64,000 bases of DNA from Curvularia clavata (taxonomy: Eukaryota), in contig CP089278.1 of the NCBI GenBank assembly GCA_023920165.1, positions 2,232,001 to 2,296,000 on the forward strand, read 5' to 3'. Position 1 is the first letter of the stretch; each line of letters opens with the position of its first letter. The notes beneath the pieces are model-generated. The model was not told the DNA's origin. It ran no database searches and was given only the letters and a program-made list of their open reading frames with translations. The position numbers were made by a program, and so were the translations under genes. Positions 48,779-62,461 of this stretch are shown one piece after another.

Positions 48779-50226
48779 CTATTCCTGGTCAACAACATCG
48801 ATCAATTCCTTTTGCTCTGCCTCGCTCTCTTCATAAGTCTTGGCAAGAAAAGGATGTTCCAAGGCCTCGGCGGCTGTAATTCGCCTTGCTGGATTGCACT
48901 CTAAAAGGCGGTACAAGAATTGGACTGCCTCCTTCTCTTCTTCTTCGAGCTCCTTCTTGGGTTGGGTCTTGTCGCCTGTCCGTCCTGTGCACCAGAGGAT
49001 GATCTTCTCCAAACTATGTCCACCCTCACTATAGCTGGGTACGTTCGTCTCAAAGACTTGACCATGTAGCAGCGCCGTCTCTCGCATCTTTTTTCGTCCA
49101 AAGATGGTAGTGATCTCGAGCAATGCATCAATGTCGTCTGCACTGTGGAAGAAGGGAAAGCGACGTGAAAGCATGGTCAAGAGGATGACACCAACACTCC
49201 ATATATCAATAGAGCAGGTCTGCTGGGTACACTTTAGGAGGACTTCTGGGGCACGGAAGCCACGGGTACCCGCCCGATTGGCGCGTCTGCTGTTGCGTGT
49301 ATCGTTCTTCGGATAGGCGCCAACGTTGTGGCCTGTTAATTGCGTCTGGGCATAAACGCTATGAGATATCCTGTAACGGCGGTCTTCTTCGTTGAGATGG
49401 CAGGCACAGTTATGCCAATCTGTGCCCTCACGTTCCGCAAGACCGAAGTCAACTAACACACCACGAGATTGTGACGTGTTGTATAGAAAGTTGGTAGGCT
49501 TGACGTCACGGTGGATGATGCCTTTCTGGTGCACTGCCGCAAGGGCAGTGAATAAACTCCGGAAGTAGAAACGCATATCTGATATCTTCATGTCGCGGTA
49601 GTAATCTCGGAAGTCGCGGTGCTGAAAGTACGGCAGTACAGCAACTACTTGGTCCAAATGGCGGAAAGCGGTGATGAGTGGGCATACAGAGTCTGAATCT
49701 CTGAGGTCGTGAAGAAGCTCGAGTTCATTGAAGACGCGTATCGGACTGCTTGTGACGTAGATTTTCTTGATGGCCACATAGTGGGGTCGCCGGCCAGATT
49801 GCTTCCTGCGCGAAGGGGACATCCACTTGTTTTTTTCGCGCTCATCAATGTCCCAGTTGTTGTTGTATTTATCGTACTCCAGATCCTCAGCCTTGTAGAC
49901 AGTAGAGAAGGTTCCTGTAACAAAAGGTAAGTCACCCCGCTAGGTACCCTGCATTACTGCAAGCCAATGGAGCAACACATACCCTCTCCGATGCGGTTGA
50001 TCAGTCGGAAACGCTTGCCGATTCCGACAAAAGTCTCTTCGAAACGCGCCATGTCTTCTTGAACAGAATCCTCGACTTCCTCGTCGCTGCTGTCGACTGT
50101 CTGTCCACTTTCGTCGAGCGGATCTGTGCTTTCATCCATAGTCTCTTCAGCTTCTTCAGCCTTCACAGGGTCCTCGTGGACGTCGATGGCTTCTGCTTTT
50201 CGCAGTGAAGTTCGTGCCTTTGCCAT
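48779..50226 (-). CDS. CDC7: Cdc7 (DDK) protein kinase
   Basis: IGEGTFSTVYKA, VAIKKIYVTSSP.R, HRDVKPTNFL, LVDFGLAE and RRANRAGTRGFRAPEVL; intron ~49915-49982. Confidence 0.96.
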
Positions 50227-50302
50227 GGGATATTTGTGTGGTCGTGTGTAGCTTTTGGTGTAGTGCAGAATGGCACATGAATGTCTGCACAGTATATGGG
50301 AG

Positions 50303-50308
50303 ACGCGT
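50303..50308. promoter_or_regulatory. MCB-like ACGCGT in the CDC7/YCS4 bidirectional promoter
   Basis: ACGCGT plus nearby CGCG cores at ~50312 and ~50387. Confidence 0.4.
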
Positions 50309-50519
50309 TCCGCGATTGAACCCTTAGCCACTAGTCCAGAAATGGAAGCATGATGACAGGCCGCACGGACCAATAAACACATGCAACGCGCCCTTTTGGC
50401 AGGTGAGACGATAGCCCGCCTTGTCCCTTTCATTTGAGTAAACTACCCCACCCCCCGACGGTCGTTTCGTCGCCTCTTTTCCTTCTTGTCTTTCGATTGT
50501 CTAGGCGACTCTGATCATC

Positions 50520-53500
50520 ATGGATGCGCGCGTGGATTTTGACATCAACGAGGCGGTCAAGCTGTTCGACAGCGACCCTTCGACAATCCCCACGCCCGAA
50601 GCCCCGCAAGCACTACAAGACTGCGAAGATGACCCAGAAGCGCTGTCGTCGCCCGGATTGATCAACAGCGAGCTCAATCCTGTTGTCGATGCTGTGGCGG
50701 AGAGCCCAGATGCGATTACCCGCAGCTCTGTTTTCGATACTCTGCAATTTCTGCTGAAGTGCGTTCCTGCATATCCACCGGATATAAAAACATATAGCAC
50801 AGAACCTAATTGTAAACTGTTTCGGCTATCTAGGAACTCGTCACAAATCCCACCCGCCATTCTCAGCAAGATCCTCGACCTCATATCCTCCGCACTATCT
50901 ACACAAGCCGATATAATACATGCCGACCTCGAGGCCGAAGAGCAGGATGCGATACCTCACCACAAGAACCTTCTTGAAATGTACGGCTTCCTTCTCCGTT
51001 GGACCATCTCTGCGGTCGAGACAAGGGCGCTGGAGAAATCAGCGTCCGCACCAGCAGCGAGGGGGCGGGGTAAGGCCGCGAAGACCAAATCTGGTGGAGG
51101 AAAAGAAGGCACCTGGGACGCCTCCGCCCAACTAGAGACGGCACTGGACCGGATGAGCAAGGTGCTCAGGCTCAAGCTGGGCCGTATATTCGTCACCACA
51201 TCCGAGCGAGACACTTTTGTTGGCCTGTTCACAAAGCCAGTATATCACATTCTTGAGAATGAGGCAAGAGTCAAGAACAATGTGATACGCAATCACTGCT
51301 TCAGAGTCCTGTGTTTTGCTGTCAAATCGCATGGACACGCATACAGTAGGTACACTGCAGGTTGATAGGGTGCCTCTACTGACCATAACGTAGCCGCGCA
51401 AACATCCATCAACCAGAGCCTGACATATTTTGAGCATCTATCAGAGCCCATGGCCGAGTTCCTCTTCACACTTGCCGATGCTTTCGATTACCCACAGCTC
51501 ACCGAAGATGTCTTGAAGGATATCAGCAGCAAAGAGTTCAGTTCTACTGATTTGAAGGGTCCGAAGTCTATCTCAACTTTCCTCACTAAGATTTCCGAAC
51601 TCACGCCACATCTGGTAATCCGACAGATGACACTGCTTGCGAACCTCCTAGACAGCGAGTCGTACACCCTGCGCTGTGCGCTCATCGAAGTGTGTGGAAA
51701 TCTGATTACCATGCTTAGCAAGCTGAGTCAAGACGATCGCAGCGAAAATCACAAGGCTCAGATTCGTATCTTCTTTGACGTATTGGAAGATCGCTTCCTT
51801 GACATTAACCCTTATTGCCGTGCTCGAGTAATGCAGGTTTACGTCAGGCTTTGCGATCTCGAGCAAAAATACCCCAAGCGCAGACAGAAGGTCGCTGAAC
51901 TTGCTGCACGCAGTCTTGAAGACAAGAGTAGTAATGTCCGCCGAAACGCAATTAAGCTGCTTGCCAAGCTTATCTCAACACACCCCTTTACAGCATTCGA
52001 TGGAGGATTGCTCTCGACCAAGGACTGGACCCAGCGATTAGAGGAATGTGAAGCCCAAATCAACGCCTTGCAGCCGCCAGAAGAGCTGAGAGAACGCCCA
52101 CCAGGTGATCAGACCGTTGACGAAACCTTGCTCCAGGATGCAACACAAGTTGACAATGGAGACGCGGAAGGTCCGAAACATCCTTCTGAAATGAGTGAAG
52201 AGGAGAAGGCTGCTGCCATTGAGAAAGCCCAGCAAGACGCAGCGACCGCACAGGAGCTCGAGAAATTCCAGGCGGTGCGCAAGTTCCTGCTTGAGGCGCT
52301 CAAGTTCATCGAGGTCATCAACGATGCCGCAGAGATCATCACTCAGTTGCTGTCATCCAAGAACAAGAGCGAGGTTATTGAAGCCATGGACTTCTTCACC
52401 ACAATCGATGCGTACAAGATCGCAAATGCAAAGCTTGGTATCCGAAGAATGCTGCGCCTTATCTGGACCAAAGGCAATAGTGACGAAGGCAAGGGTGTGC
52501 AAACTCATCTGCTCGAGTGCTACAAAGGCTTGTTCTTCGATGCACCACCCGGATTTGATGCCAATGCAGTAGCGAACTACATATCCAAGAACATGATCAG
52601 TTTGACTTTTGGTACAACGCCGGCAGAACTGACTTCGCTTGAGCAGCTTCTCAGCACTATGATGAAGCAGGGCCTGGTCAACGGATTAGTCATTCAGAAG
52701 CTTTGGCAGATCTATGGCTATCAGAAGAAAGACATCTCTAAGAACCAGCGTCGAGGAGCTATCATCGTTTTGGGCATGCTGGCGCTATCCACGCCTGACA
52801 TTGTGGTGCAGGAGATGGAGACGTGCCTGAGGATCGGTCTAGGAGAGCTTGGTAGACGAGATCTGGGACTTGCTCGGTACACCTGCATAGCGCTTCGCCG
52901 GATGAGCCAACCACCAGGAAAGCAGGCCTCCAGTGACGCTCCAGCTCCAACTGTCAAACTGCCAAATGACCACGCAGTGCTAGTAAGGCTCGCAGCAATC
53001 ACCGAGATGACCTCGGACAGCAAGGAGTGGTACGGGGTAGCAGAGCAGGCTATCAGTGCCATATATGTCTTGTCCAAACACCCCGACGTCCTATGCTCGG
53101 AAATCATTCGCAAGATTACCAAGCGTGTCTTTGCTGGACAACATAAATCTGAGTCAAGGCCCACATCAAGTTCGAGCGCTGCTAAGCCAACAGAGGAGGA
53201 TGTGGAAATGACAGACGCGCCTGCAGTCGACGAGCCACAGCCAAAGAAGCAGAACTCCGCTCTCGCTTTGTCACAATTATTGTTCGTCGTCGGCCACGTC
53301 GCGATTAAACAAATCGTTCACCTTGAGCTTTGTGAGCTGGAGTTTAAGCGTCGCAAAGCTGAAAAGGACAAGAAGAACACGTCTGGTCCTCGAAAGTCGA
53401 CGGCGTCTACAGCCGATCCTACACCCATAAAGAAGGGCCGCAAACGAGGCGCTACTAAGGAACCGACGCCAGCACCTGAGGAAGCTGACGAGCTGGATCT

Positions 53501-54376
53501 CATGGCTGGTACTACAGAGGATGACTTTACTGAAGCCATTGCGCATGTTCGCGAACGTGAGCTTCTGTACGGTCCACAGTCTCTGTTGGCAAACTTTGGT
53601 CCGTTGGTGGCAGATATTTGCGCCAACAATACTTCGTACAACCACCCGACACTGCAAGCCCAAGCGGCACTCTGCTTGGCCAAGCTCATGTGTGTAAGCT
53701 CGGAGTATTGCGAGACCAACCTTGGCCTGTTGCTCACCATCCTCGAGAGGAGCCAAGATGCTGTTGTCCGCAGCAATCTTGTCGTAGCACTCGGTGATAT
53801 GGCAGTATGTTTCAACCATCTCATCGATGAAAATACCGATTTCTTATACCGCCGCTTGAACGATGGTGACCCCAGCGTCAAGCGAACCTGTCTGATGACG
53901 CTCACCTTCTTGATCTTAGCAGGTCAAGTGAAGGTCAAGGGCCAACTAGGCGAAATGGCCAAGTGTCTCGAAGACAGCGACAAGAAGATCGCAGACATGG
54001 CACGCATGTTCTTCACCGAGTTGTCGACCAAGGATAACGCTGTCTACAACCAATTCATTGACATGTTCAGTGTGTTGAGTGCAGACACGGGTCTTAGCGA
54101 AGAGGCACTGAAGAGAATCATCAAGTTCCTGGCTGGATTCATTGAGAAGGTATGGTTTCATGACAGCCTACACAATCCTGTCGCATTGATACTAACGTCA
54201 TGTAGGACAAACACGCCAAGCAACTGGCTGCCAAGCTTGCTTCTAGATTACCAAGAGCTGAGAATGAAAGGCAGTGGAATGATATTGCATATGCACTGAG
54301 TCAGTTGCAGCACAAGGACGAGGAAATTCAGAAGATGGTCTCGGAAGGCTTCAAGGTTGTCCAGACGGCTGCATAA
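50520..54376 (+). CDS. YCS4: Condensin subunit 1 (Cnd1/CAP-D2), HEAT repeat (4 exons)
   Basis: RFLDINPYCRA, LEDKSSNVRRNAI, IRRMLRLIWTK and RSNLVVALGDMAVCFNHLIDENTDFLYRRL...LTFLILAGQVKVKGQLGEMA. Confidence 0.95.
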
Positions 54377-54604
54377 AGTCCTGTTTTGTTTGGTCCAATA
54401 TTGGGCTTGGTCATGATTGTATGGATACGATATTGATACCCTGGGCCTGGGCATTGGGTTGTTGTTGAATTTGGCGTTATGGTGGATAGGTAACATGATG
54501 TCATGTGGAATGTGGTGGTTTGAGCGTTGTGTTAAATGCACGCTTTCCAAACATAGCCTTTGGTAGCATACGATAATTTACATATCCGTCTCTTATTTGT
54601 TCCA

Positions 54605-55307
54605 CTACACAATCTGCTTTTTTGCATCTTTAATCTTGCTTTCGGCCTTGACTTCTTCCTTCGTCTTCTTCCCCGCCCCCACTCTTCTCTCCTTTGCCGT
54701 TTTCTGCTGACCAGCTTGTCCACTATGCGCCTCTGACCTTGCCTTCTGGTTCTCTGTGTGCACCTTCATACGCTCCATGGCTTCTTCCAGCGTTGGTATC
54801 CGAAGTCCTTGCTTCCTTGCCTGTGCCAGTCTCTGCACACTCACTTGCCTTCCCCGCGCAGCACTCCTCACGTCCTTCAACAACCGGTCCCTGATGCGCT
54901 GTTCGTCTAATTGGGCTTGGGTGAGAACTGGAGGACGGTTTTCTATGGGTTCACCAAAAGGCGCAACAATGGAGGTTACGACGTGGCGGATGGCTGTGGA
55001 AATGCGGTGTCCAGACGTTATACGGACGATGTCACCTTCGACAAGGGAGTTGTTGGGGTCGCGAACAAGGTAGGTTATAGGAGCGGGGAAATGCTGTAAT
55101 TCATCTGTTAACGCTGAAAAAATTACGTATGTTCCAATTGCCAATTCTTACTTTTCTAAACTTCTTGTTCCATTCTTGATTTGCGACGCGAACTTTTACT
55201 GCTTTTGACATCTTCCCGGCCGAAACTACGACGCCGACCTTGTGGCTTGAAAAGTATTCTTGGACGATTGGCTTGCCAGCCTTGACTTTGTTCGCTATTG
55301 ACGCCAT
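54605..55307 (-). CDS. MRPS17: Mitochondrial ribosomal protein uS17m
   Basis: GVVVSAGKMSKAVKVRV...WNKKFRK, intron, then YLVRDPNNSLVEGDIVRI (S17 OB fold). Confidence 0.85.
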
Positions 55308-55819
55308 GACTGGCGACTGTGTGGTGTTCTAGATCGTGTGCGGTTGAAGCGTCAGATGCGGAGGTCTTTCGGAGGTGCGCTAGCGCAACAAGCGCGTCGT
55401 ATACTACCGAGTTCGAGTTCGGAGAGGTCAAGACAGCAACTCAATGCGTCGATTCGGGATATCTGGCCGTGGGTCGGTGGCGTGGGGAATAGCTGCAGCC
55501 TCGATCAACCACGGTTTGTGCCAACGGCCGCTGCGCACAAAAAGTGAAGTCGGTAATGCCAAGGCCTAACTCCGATTGGTCACATAATCTACGTTACTGC
55601 TATCGTGTCCCGAAGCTTCAACTTGCCTTTCACTCACAACTTCTACATATATCAACTTTACTTCTTCCTCTATTCGCTTTGTTTTCGAGGTCGCCTGGCC
55701 GCGCTAGATGTTTGCAAACTTCATGTAGATTTGTTCTCATACTTATTTACGGATACACACATTCCGTCCGCTCACTTCACCAAGTTCAAAGTCGCCGTTG
55801 GCGCACTTGAGATAACACA

Positions 55820-57213
55820 ATGCTCCTGCGGATAGCGCTGTTCTTTGTGGTCGCTTTCCTGGCACTGCTGGTGGTTGGCGCCGAAGATTATTACAAGGTA
55901 TGCAAAGTCAATTTCCTGTATTTCGCATACTGTCCTTTGTCACAATCATAGGCAACACTGGCTGACTAAGTTGTACAGCTACTGGGTCTTGAGAAGGATG
56001 CCTCGGAGCGCCAGATAAAGAAGGCATACCGAACTCTCAGCAAGAAATACCACCCGGATAAGAACCCGTACGTTTGGCAATCCACCTGATCAATGACAAT
56101 CGATTAACACATTATAGTGGCGACGAAACCGCGAGCCAGAAATTTGTTGAGATAGCCGAGGCCTACGAGGTTCTTGTCGAGAAAGAGACACGCAAAATAT
56201 ATGATCAATATGGGCATGAAGGCATTCAGCAGCATAAGCAGGGTGGTGGCCCTCGCCAGCAACATGATCCCTTTGACCTCTTTTCGCGCTTCTTCGGCGG
56301 CTCAGGTCATTTCGGACACCATGGCGGGGAGCGACGAGGACCAAACATGGAAGTCAGGGTAGCTGTTCCGCTGCGCGACTTCTATAATGGCCGAAAGACG
56401 GAATTCACAATCGAAAAGCAAGCAATTTGCTCGGCTTGTGAGGGATCAGGTTCAGAAGACGGACACGTGGAAACCTGCGGCGCATGTGGTGGACGTGGTA
56501 TTCGGATTCAGCGACAACAGCTTGCGCCGGGACTCTTCCAGCAAGTCCAGGTACATTGCGACCAATGTCACGGCAAAGGCAAAACCATCAAGCACCCTTG
56601 TCCAGTCTGTAGCGGCAGCAGAGTCATTCGCGAATCTGAGACGCACCAACTGGAAATTGAGAAGGGTATGCCCAACGGTGTACGCATCACCTACGAGAAC
56701 GAAGCAGACGAGAGCCCAGACTACGTCGCTGGTGACCTTATTGTTCATCTTGCCGAGACCGAGCCTTCATTGGGACAACAAGAGCACGAGCGCACTGATG
56801 GTACTTTCTTCCGAAGACGGGGTAAAGACCTCTTCTGGCGCGAAGTTCTGTCACTCAGAGAAGCATGGATGGGTGACTGGACCCGGAACATTACACATCT
56901 CGATGGCCACATTGTCCAACTTTCCCGCAAACGCGGTGAAGTTGTACAGCCTAATCTCGTCGAGGTCATCAAGGAGGAAGGTATGCCGATTTGGCACCAA
57001 CATCTGGATAACAACGAGGGACTGCAGTTCGGTGATTTGCATGTCGAGTATGTAGTCGTACTACCAGATCAGATGGAGAAGGGCATGGAGAAGGACTTCT
57101 GGAGCGTCTGGGAGAAGTACAGGAAGAAGAACGGTGTTCACATGGATGCTGAGTTTGGCAGACCACAAGAGGCTATCAAGATGCCAGAGTCGGATTCGCA
57201 TGATGAGCTATAG
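55820..57213 (+). CDS. SCJ1: ER-lumenal type I DnaJ co-chaperone (3 exons)
   Basis: Signal peptide, J-domain (DYYK, YHPDKN), four CxxCxGxG-type repeats and a C-terminal HDEL. Confidence 0.93.
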
Positions 57214-59523
57214 CGTTTTTTACTTTGCATGGCAACGGGTGGAAGACAAGGAGAGGTTTGTATGAATTACACGCGAAATACCCGCTGATGATTGACGGTG
57301 GTGGAGTTGGGGAGTCCAAAGCATGGTAAAGGATGATTAGATGGATAGGCTCTTATTTTCTTGATATAGATCAGAGTATTTGTAAATGATACATGTACTT
57401 GTCTTGTTGGCCTCAGGATAACTTCCAGTCGAACAGGTGATGTTGGTGTCTCTGAGTGTTCGTATGTTTGTTGCGAGGAGCACGAGACACTGGCCACACG
57501 TTGGATGCATCTTAGATATTTGGTTCATCTGCACGACAGTATTCTGACATTCTGGGATCAAGATTTCAGATGTTAGACCTCTAACTGTGGTGCGTAATGG
57601 GCCTTGTAACTTCGGCATCTACCTAGACGGTAAAGTCGACTCCTCCGCTTTTCTGATTGTTGGCAGGCTGAGGGGCGGACGGCCTTTTTTGCTTTTTTGG
57701 TATACTTTTGATGGGCTAATTGTAAGGAGTAATCGCGACATCAACTTGTTGCTGGATGCAATTTCTATTTTGATACAAGAGATTAGAAATTCCGCAAGAA
57801 AACCATCTCTTATTATCGCTGATAACAGTACCTCAACATGAGCACCGGGCTTCATTAAATCAAGGTTTGCACATATATGTTCATGGACAGGGCGAGTTCA
57901 GTAAAGCATGTGGACTCCGGATATAGGACACGAGTATTCACCGTTGGCGGATGGAACCTAACTGACTTCATCTGCAAGAGGTTCTGGGCCTAGAGCATAA
58001 ACTGGGAAGTAATCTTACTCCTCAACAGCTTTAAGATGAGAAGAGATTACTTCATTCCCTGTTTTCCCTTTTTCGCTTATGAACATGAAACTCTGGAGAA
58101 CTTCGAACACATCCTCATTCTCTTAGGTGCATATATCTTCAGTCAGTGATTCTCTGATATGAGAGAACCAAGAAAGCTACTGTTTGTAGTAACAATAGCG
58201 ATTTTGTGTTGCCGTATCATTATTCACATATACAGCGCCCTGGTTTCATGGCGTAGGATTTCAACTGATGACATGCTCTAGAAATATCGTGACGTTTGGC
58301 TTGCTCGGAATAGACATTTATTTCCGCAATTGACACATAAACGATAGTGCGTGTTCTAAAACAAGCACCAATCACTCCTAACAAAAGGCGCCCAGTTCTG
58401 GTCCCGAAACACTTTATCAAATCCTCACATCAAACGAGAAATCCCACGCGAGCAAGCGACCAAGCACGCACGTTAAATCACTCGCGAAATGAAACTCGAT
58501 TGACGCTTCTGCTCGATCCCCCAGCCCCACTCCTTCAAGGATCCTTTGATCGCGTGCAACGGCTTATATGTCTAGATAGGGTTGCATGCAGACAAGTTTT
58601 TTCCGTTACGTGTGGCGTAGAAGAACTCAAGGCTGGGTTTCTGGGCACGGGAGCCTGTCGCTTTTCCCCCCACAATCCGAGATATCCCTTTTTACATGAT
58701 TTCGAGGAGCTCGAACATCTTACTGACTTTGGTTTGCCGTGCATGCATACACAAATGCAATATGTAGGTCGCTGACTCTTCTCGCGCACATCCACATCCA
58801 CATCAACGTATGGGCTGAATAGAAGGGGAGCTGGATGCGATTTGTATGATATGCAAGGGCTGTGTAACCCGCAATCTTGGCACTGTATGCATTATATGGG
58901 GGTGGGAAAGTGGAGAGAGAGGGAGGCAAAGGGACGTGCTGCGGCGCATTACGTACGTTACGTGATAGGATTTGGGCGGTTAACTGGAGCCAGTTAGAGG
59001 TACAGAAAAGACAAGGCTGGGTAAAGGAGGAAACAAAAGGTTAGCAGATTCAATGGGGGGGTTGCGGATTTGAGTTGCTGGCTGTTTGTCAGTTCACCTG
59101 TTTGAGGTAATCAAGGACGAGTAGGCGTTCTGTAACACGCAGATGCAGGGTCATAGCAAGTTGTAGTTGCATTTAACGCGCGTACGACGGGGAATATCTA
59201 TAACGAAAATGCATCGTTGGCATAAAACGCATGTGGAATCAAGGGGAGATGTAACGCTGTGGTCGTTCGGTGGAGTACCTCTTTTTGACAAAGCACAATC
59301 ATCGATCAAGATTATGTATATGAGTTGAGTTGAAACCAGGGGTTCGATGCTCGTATAGCCGTGTAAGAGTCAGTCAAGTCACACCAAGTCTGATTTCCTC
59401 TACTGATACTTGATTTGTCAGTTGAACAAAAGTCACTCTACAACCATGTACCCAGTGTATCCTACCGGAAATTTCCGTGCAGCGTGTTCATACGGTTATC
59501 AGCCCATTGTTATGTTTGCGACA

Positions 59524-60120
59524 TTACAACTTGCCTTCCCCCTTAATGACATCCCTAACCAGCTTGAGCGCCTCGGCTGCAAATGCCACCATGTTGCCCT
59601 CTCTTTCTGAACTCCCTGTCTCCGCCTCTCTCGTTTCCGTCACTCCACCTTCACGTGCTACTGCAAGTGCCACATACCCCGGCGTGCGATTTCTCGTGCT
59701 GCCCCCTGTAGGCCCTGCAGTGCCACTCTCGCTGACAGCATACGTGCTGCCCAGTTTGTTGCGTGTATGCTCGGCTAGACCTGAGACAATGGCAGGCGTG
59801 GGTCCGCTGTAGGTAGAGATGGATTCCTGAGTCCAGCCAGCAAAGGCTATCCGTGATTCGAGCGTATAGAGTGTCAGACCACCACGGTAGTAAGATGACG
59901 CGCCAGGGAATGAGAGCAGAGCTGCAGAGATGAGGCCGCCTGCTGCCTGTGGGATGGTATGTGGTTAGCGTTATAGCTCTGCCATGCACATATGGGGAAA
60001 TGTCCGAGAGATGCCTACTGTTTCTGCTACTGAAATTGTTTCTTTGCGCTCTTTGAGGAGAGTAGCTACCTCTTGAACTATTTGGCGGAGCTCTTCAGGT
60101 GGGAAATTTGGTGATGCCAT
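59524..60120 (-). CDS. Stand-alone CinA C-terminal (PncC-like) domain protein
   Basis: Spliced product ISVAETAAGGLISAALLSFPGASSYYRGG...SESGTAGPTGG...GYVALAV; intron ~59948-60018. Confidence 0.85.
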
Positions 60121-60442
60121 GATATTACTTATAAAGTAGTTCCGATACAATTGATGACTGCTTTGAGTTCTTACTACGAACAATCAGCTGCTCGAAAAAT
60201 AGAGGTACTTGTTCTAGTTATACGATTTTGCTGCAAATTGATTACTTTACGACAATCTTATGGCGGACGTTGCAGTCAGCGGGGCGGCTTCTACATCGTG
60301 ACGTGATGCGGGGTAGCCTCTATTCCCAACATTAGAAGCTCAATATCAACAATAATAGGACCACATTCTATATATTGTGCGTGTACGCGTGGACAAACCA
60401 TCACGTGCATTGTCATGGATACACCTCCCTGCCCTGTATCGC

Positions 60443-62461
60443 CTAATCAAAAGCGAATCTCTCTTCACCCCTCTTCATCAATCTGATCGGTATGGCATAG
60501 TCGCGCAGCTGCAGTGTAATAATGGTCGCAACTTTGTTATGCAGCGCATCCCTGGCCCTATCTACGGCCTTTTTGTATAATTCTCGACGCTCCCGGCCTC
60601 CCTTTGGCATCCTCTCCACCTCTTCATCACTGGCAAAATCATCGACTGCAAGCTCGACACTATATTGCGTGAATATGGCAGCCAGCACTGCGAGAATCTC
60701 CACTTGAGCAAAGCGTCGCCCAATGCAAGATCGGAAACCATCACTGAATGGAATGTAGGATCCTTTGACGGGCTTGAAGAGTTCGGATGAAGTGTCTTCA
60801 CCAGATGGTCCACGTAGTGTCTCATCGTCGTAATCGATATCGACAAAAGATTCGGAAAGTTTACTCTCCACCAACCAACGCTCAGGTCTGAATCGATCCA
60901 CGTCGAGGATGCCGTCGTCGTTTGTATCGTTTTCTGGTGCAGGCCAGTATTTTGGATTACGATGGACAGCTGCGTTCAGGAAGACATTCGCACCCCCTGG
61001 GAGATTATACTGCTGACCATCAATCTGAATTGGCTGGGGTGGCCCAGGTGCAACTGATTTGGGAATGTTGACAATAGGCTGCAAGAGTCGAAGCGTCTCA
61101 TTCATGACTGCGGCTGCCATACTTCCAAAAAGCTTGGGAAAGTGTTCTTCATATTTCCATTCGCTCGTTGGTTTGCCATTGAAGATGCGGTCAAGGTCTT
61201 GTTGTAACCTCTTTTGAGATGGCCAGTTCATTGCGAGGTAGAGCATCGAAAAGTGCAGCGTGTTTGCAGTCGTTTCATGTCCTGCCAGCATAACGACGAA
61301 AGCATTGCCCAGGATATCACTCTTCTTTACCGTAGAGCTGTCCTTTTCATTAGTAATGCCGCTACCACGGATTAAAGCGTCAAAGAAGTCCATTCCTTGC
61401 TTGCTGTTGCCAGCGAGCACCTGGGCCTTTTTGACTTCATACATTTCGTCCATGTATCTGCCCCACTCGCTGACTGCCTCAGCAACTGTACGATGGTCTT
61501 GGAATGGGGATCGTTCTATTCAGAATGTGTCAGTATTGTCCGTTTAGTTTTGAGTAGCGCTGGTTGCCCTTACCAAGCCACTTGATGGGTATTATTTGGG
61601 TCCACACAATGAGGTGAAGCAGGTCGCTGAGTGCTTGTCGATAACTCATAGTATGGCCAGGGGGCGCCTTGGAACCAACCGAGATGGACCGTTCTGCATT
61701 TACCTGAGCCGTTTTCTCGTCACCTTCTTCGTGCGGCCAAGCAACACGTACGTCAAAGCCGGCGCTACTAATGACGTACAGAGCAAAGTTCATTGCCGCT
61801 GCGGAAGGTTCTGCTATGGTCTGGTTGCCTTTGCCGTCTTTCCCAGCCCAGAGACCAAGCAGGGACTTGGCATGATGAAGCGTTTCATTGAAAACAAGCT
61901 CGTTGTTCTTTTCACCAAAACTTGGCGCGACGAGTTTCCGATGGCCACGCCATTCAGCTCCTTCGGTAGACACAAGGTTCATTCCGTAGATGTTGAGAGA
62001 TCCATACATGTCGAGGGGCTTAGGGAAGTCATTGCGCCGGGTGGTGATTTGAGTGATGGCGTCTGCATCAGCGACATTGACGGTGAGTGTATAGGGAGCA
62101 GCAGAGATGAAGACGTCCTTTCCCACCCGCTTGAAGGGTTCGTGTCCAACCATGTAGCCCCACTCTGGCTGCATGACCCTGCAAGACATTGATTAAAAAC
62201 GCGAAGTCTAGCATCCATTGTGCATACATACTCTATCCAAAGACCCTGGAGGCGGCGTGGGAGAAACGTTCGCAGCAGCGGGGTCCATAGCTTGTACGTG
62301 GCCAGCCAAAAACGATTGTAAACATTCCAAGGACAGACTACGACGGGCAGTCCCGAGCTCTTGGCCAGGGCGACGTTGCGCTGAAGGTGGTGATATCTAC
62401 AAGCAAGTTGGTAGATGGCGTAGGCTGCGATGGCACTCAAAACTAGGGTGGCAACGGCCAT
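60443..62461 (-). CDS. Cytochrome P450 monooxygenase (3 exons)
   Basis: N-terminal anchor, AGHETT I-helix, ETLR, FRPERW and heme motif FSDGFRSCIG. Confidence 0.95.

Noticed and set aside
51488..54161. Antisense ORFs of up to 195 aa within YCS4, and similar ones in COP1, RPA135 and LRO1
   Set aside because: Shadow frames expected opposite long, codon-biased genes.
57550..58350. AT-richer intergenic block with short ORFs; possible gene or transposon relic
   Set aside because: No consistent frame, terminal repeats or transposase/RT motifs recognised.
59320..59365. GGTTCGA resembling a tRNA T-loop (also at ~28582)
   Set aside because: No cloverleaf stems or A-box could be built around either site.
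59524..62461. P450 plus CinA-like gene as a secondary-metabolite cluster
   Set aside because: No backbone enzyme, transporter or regulator adjacent within the window; sequence beyond 64000 cannot be assessed.
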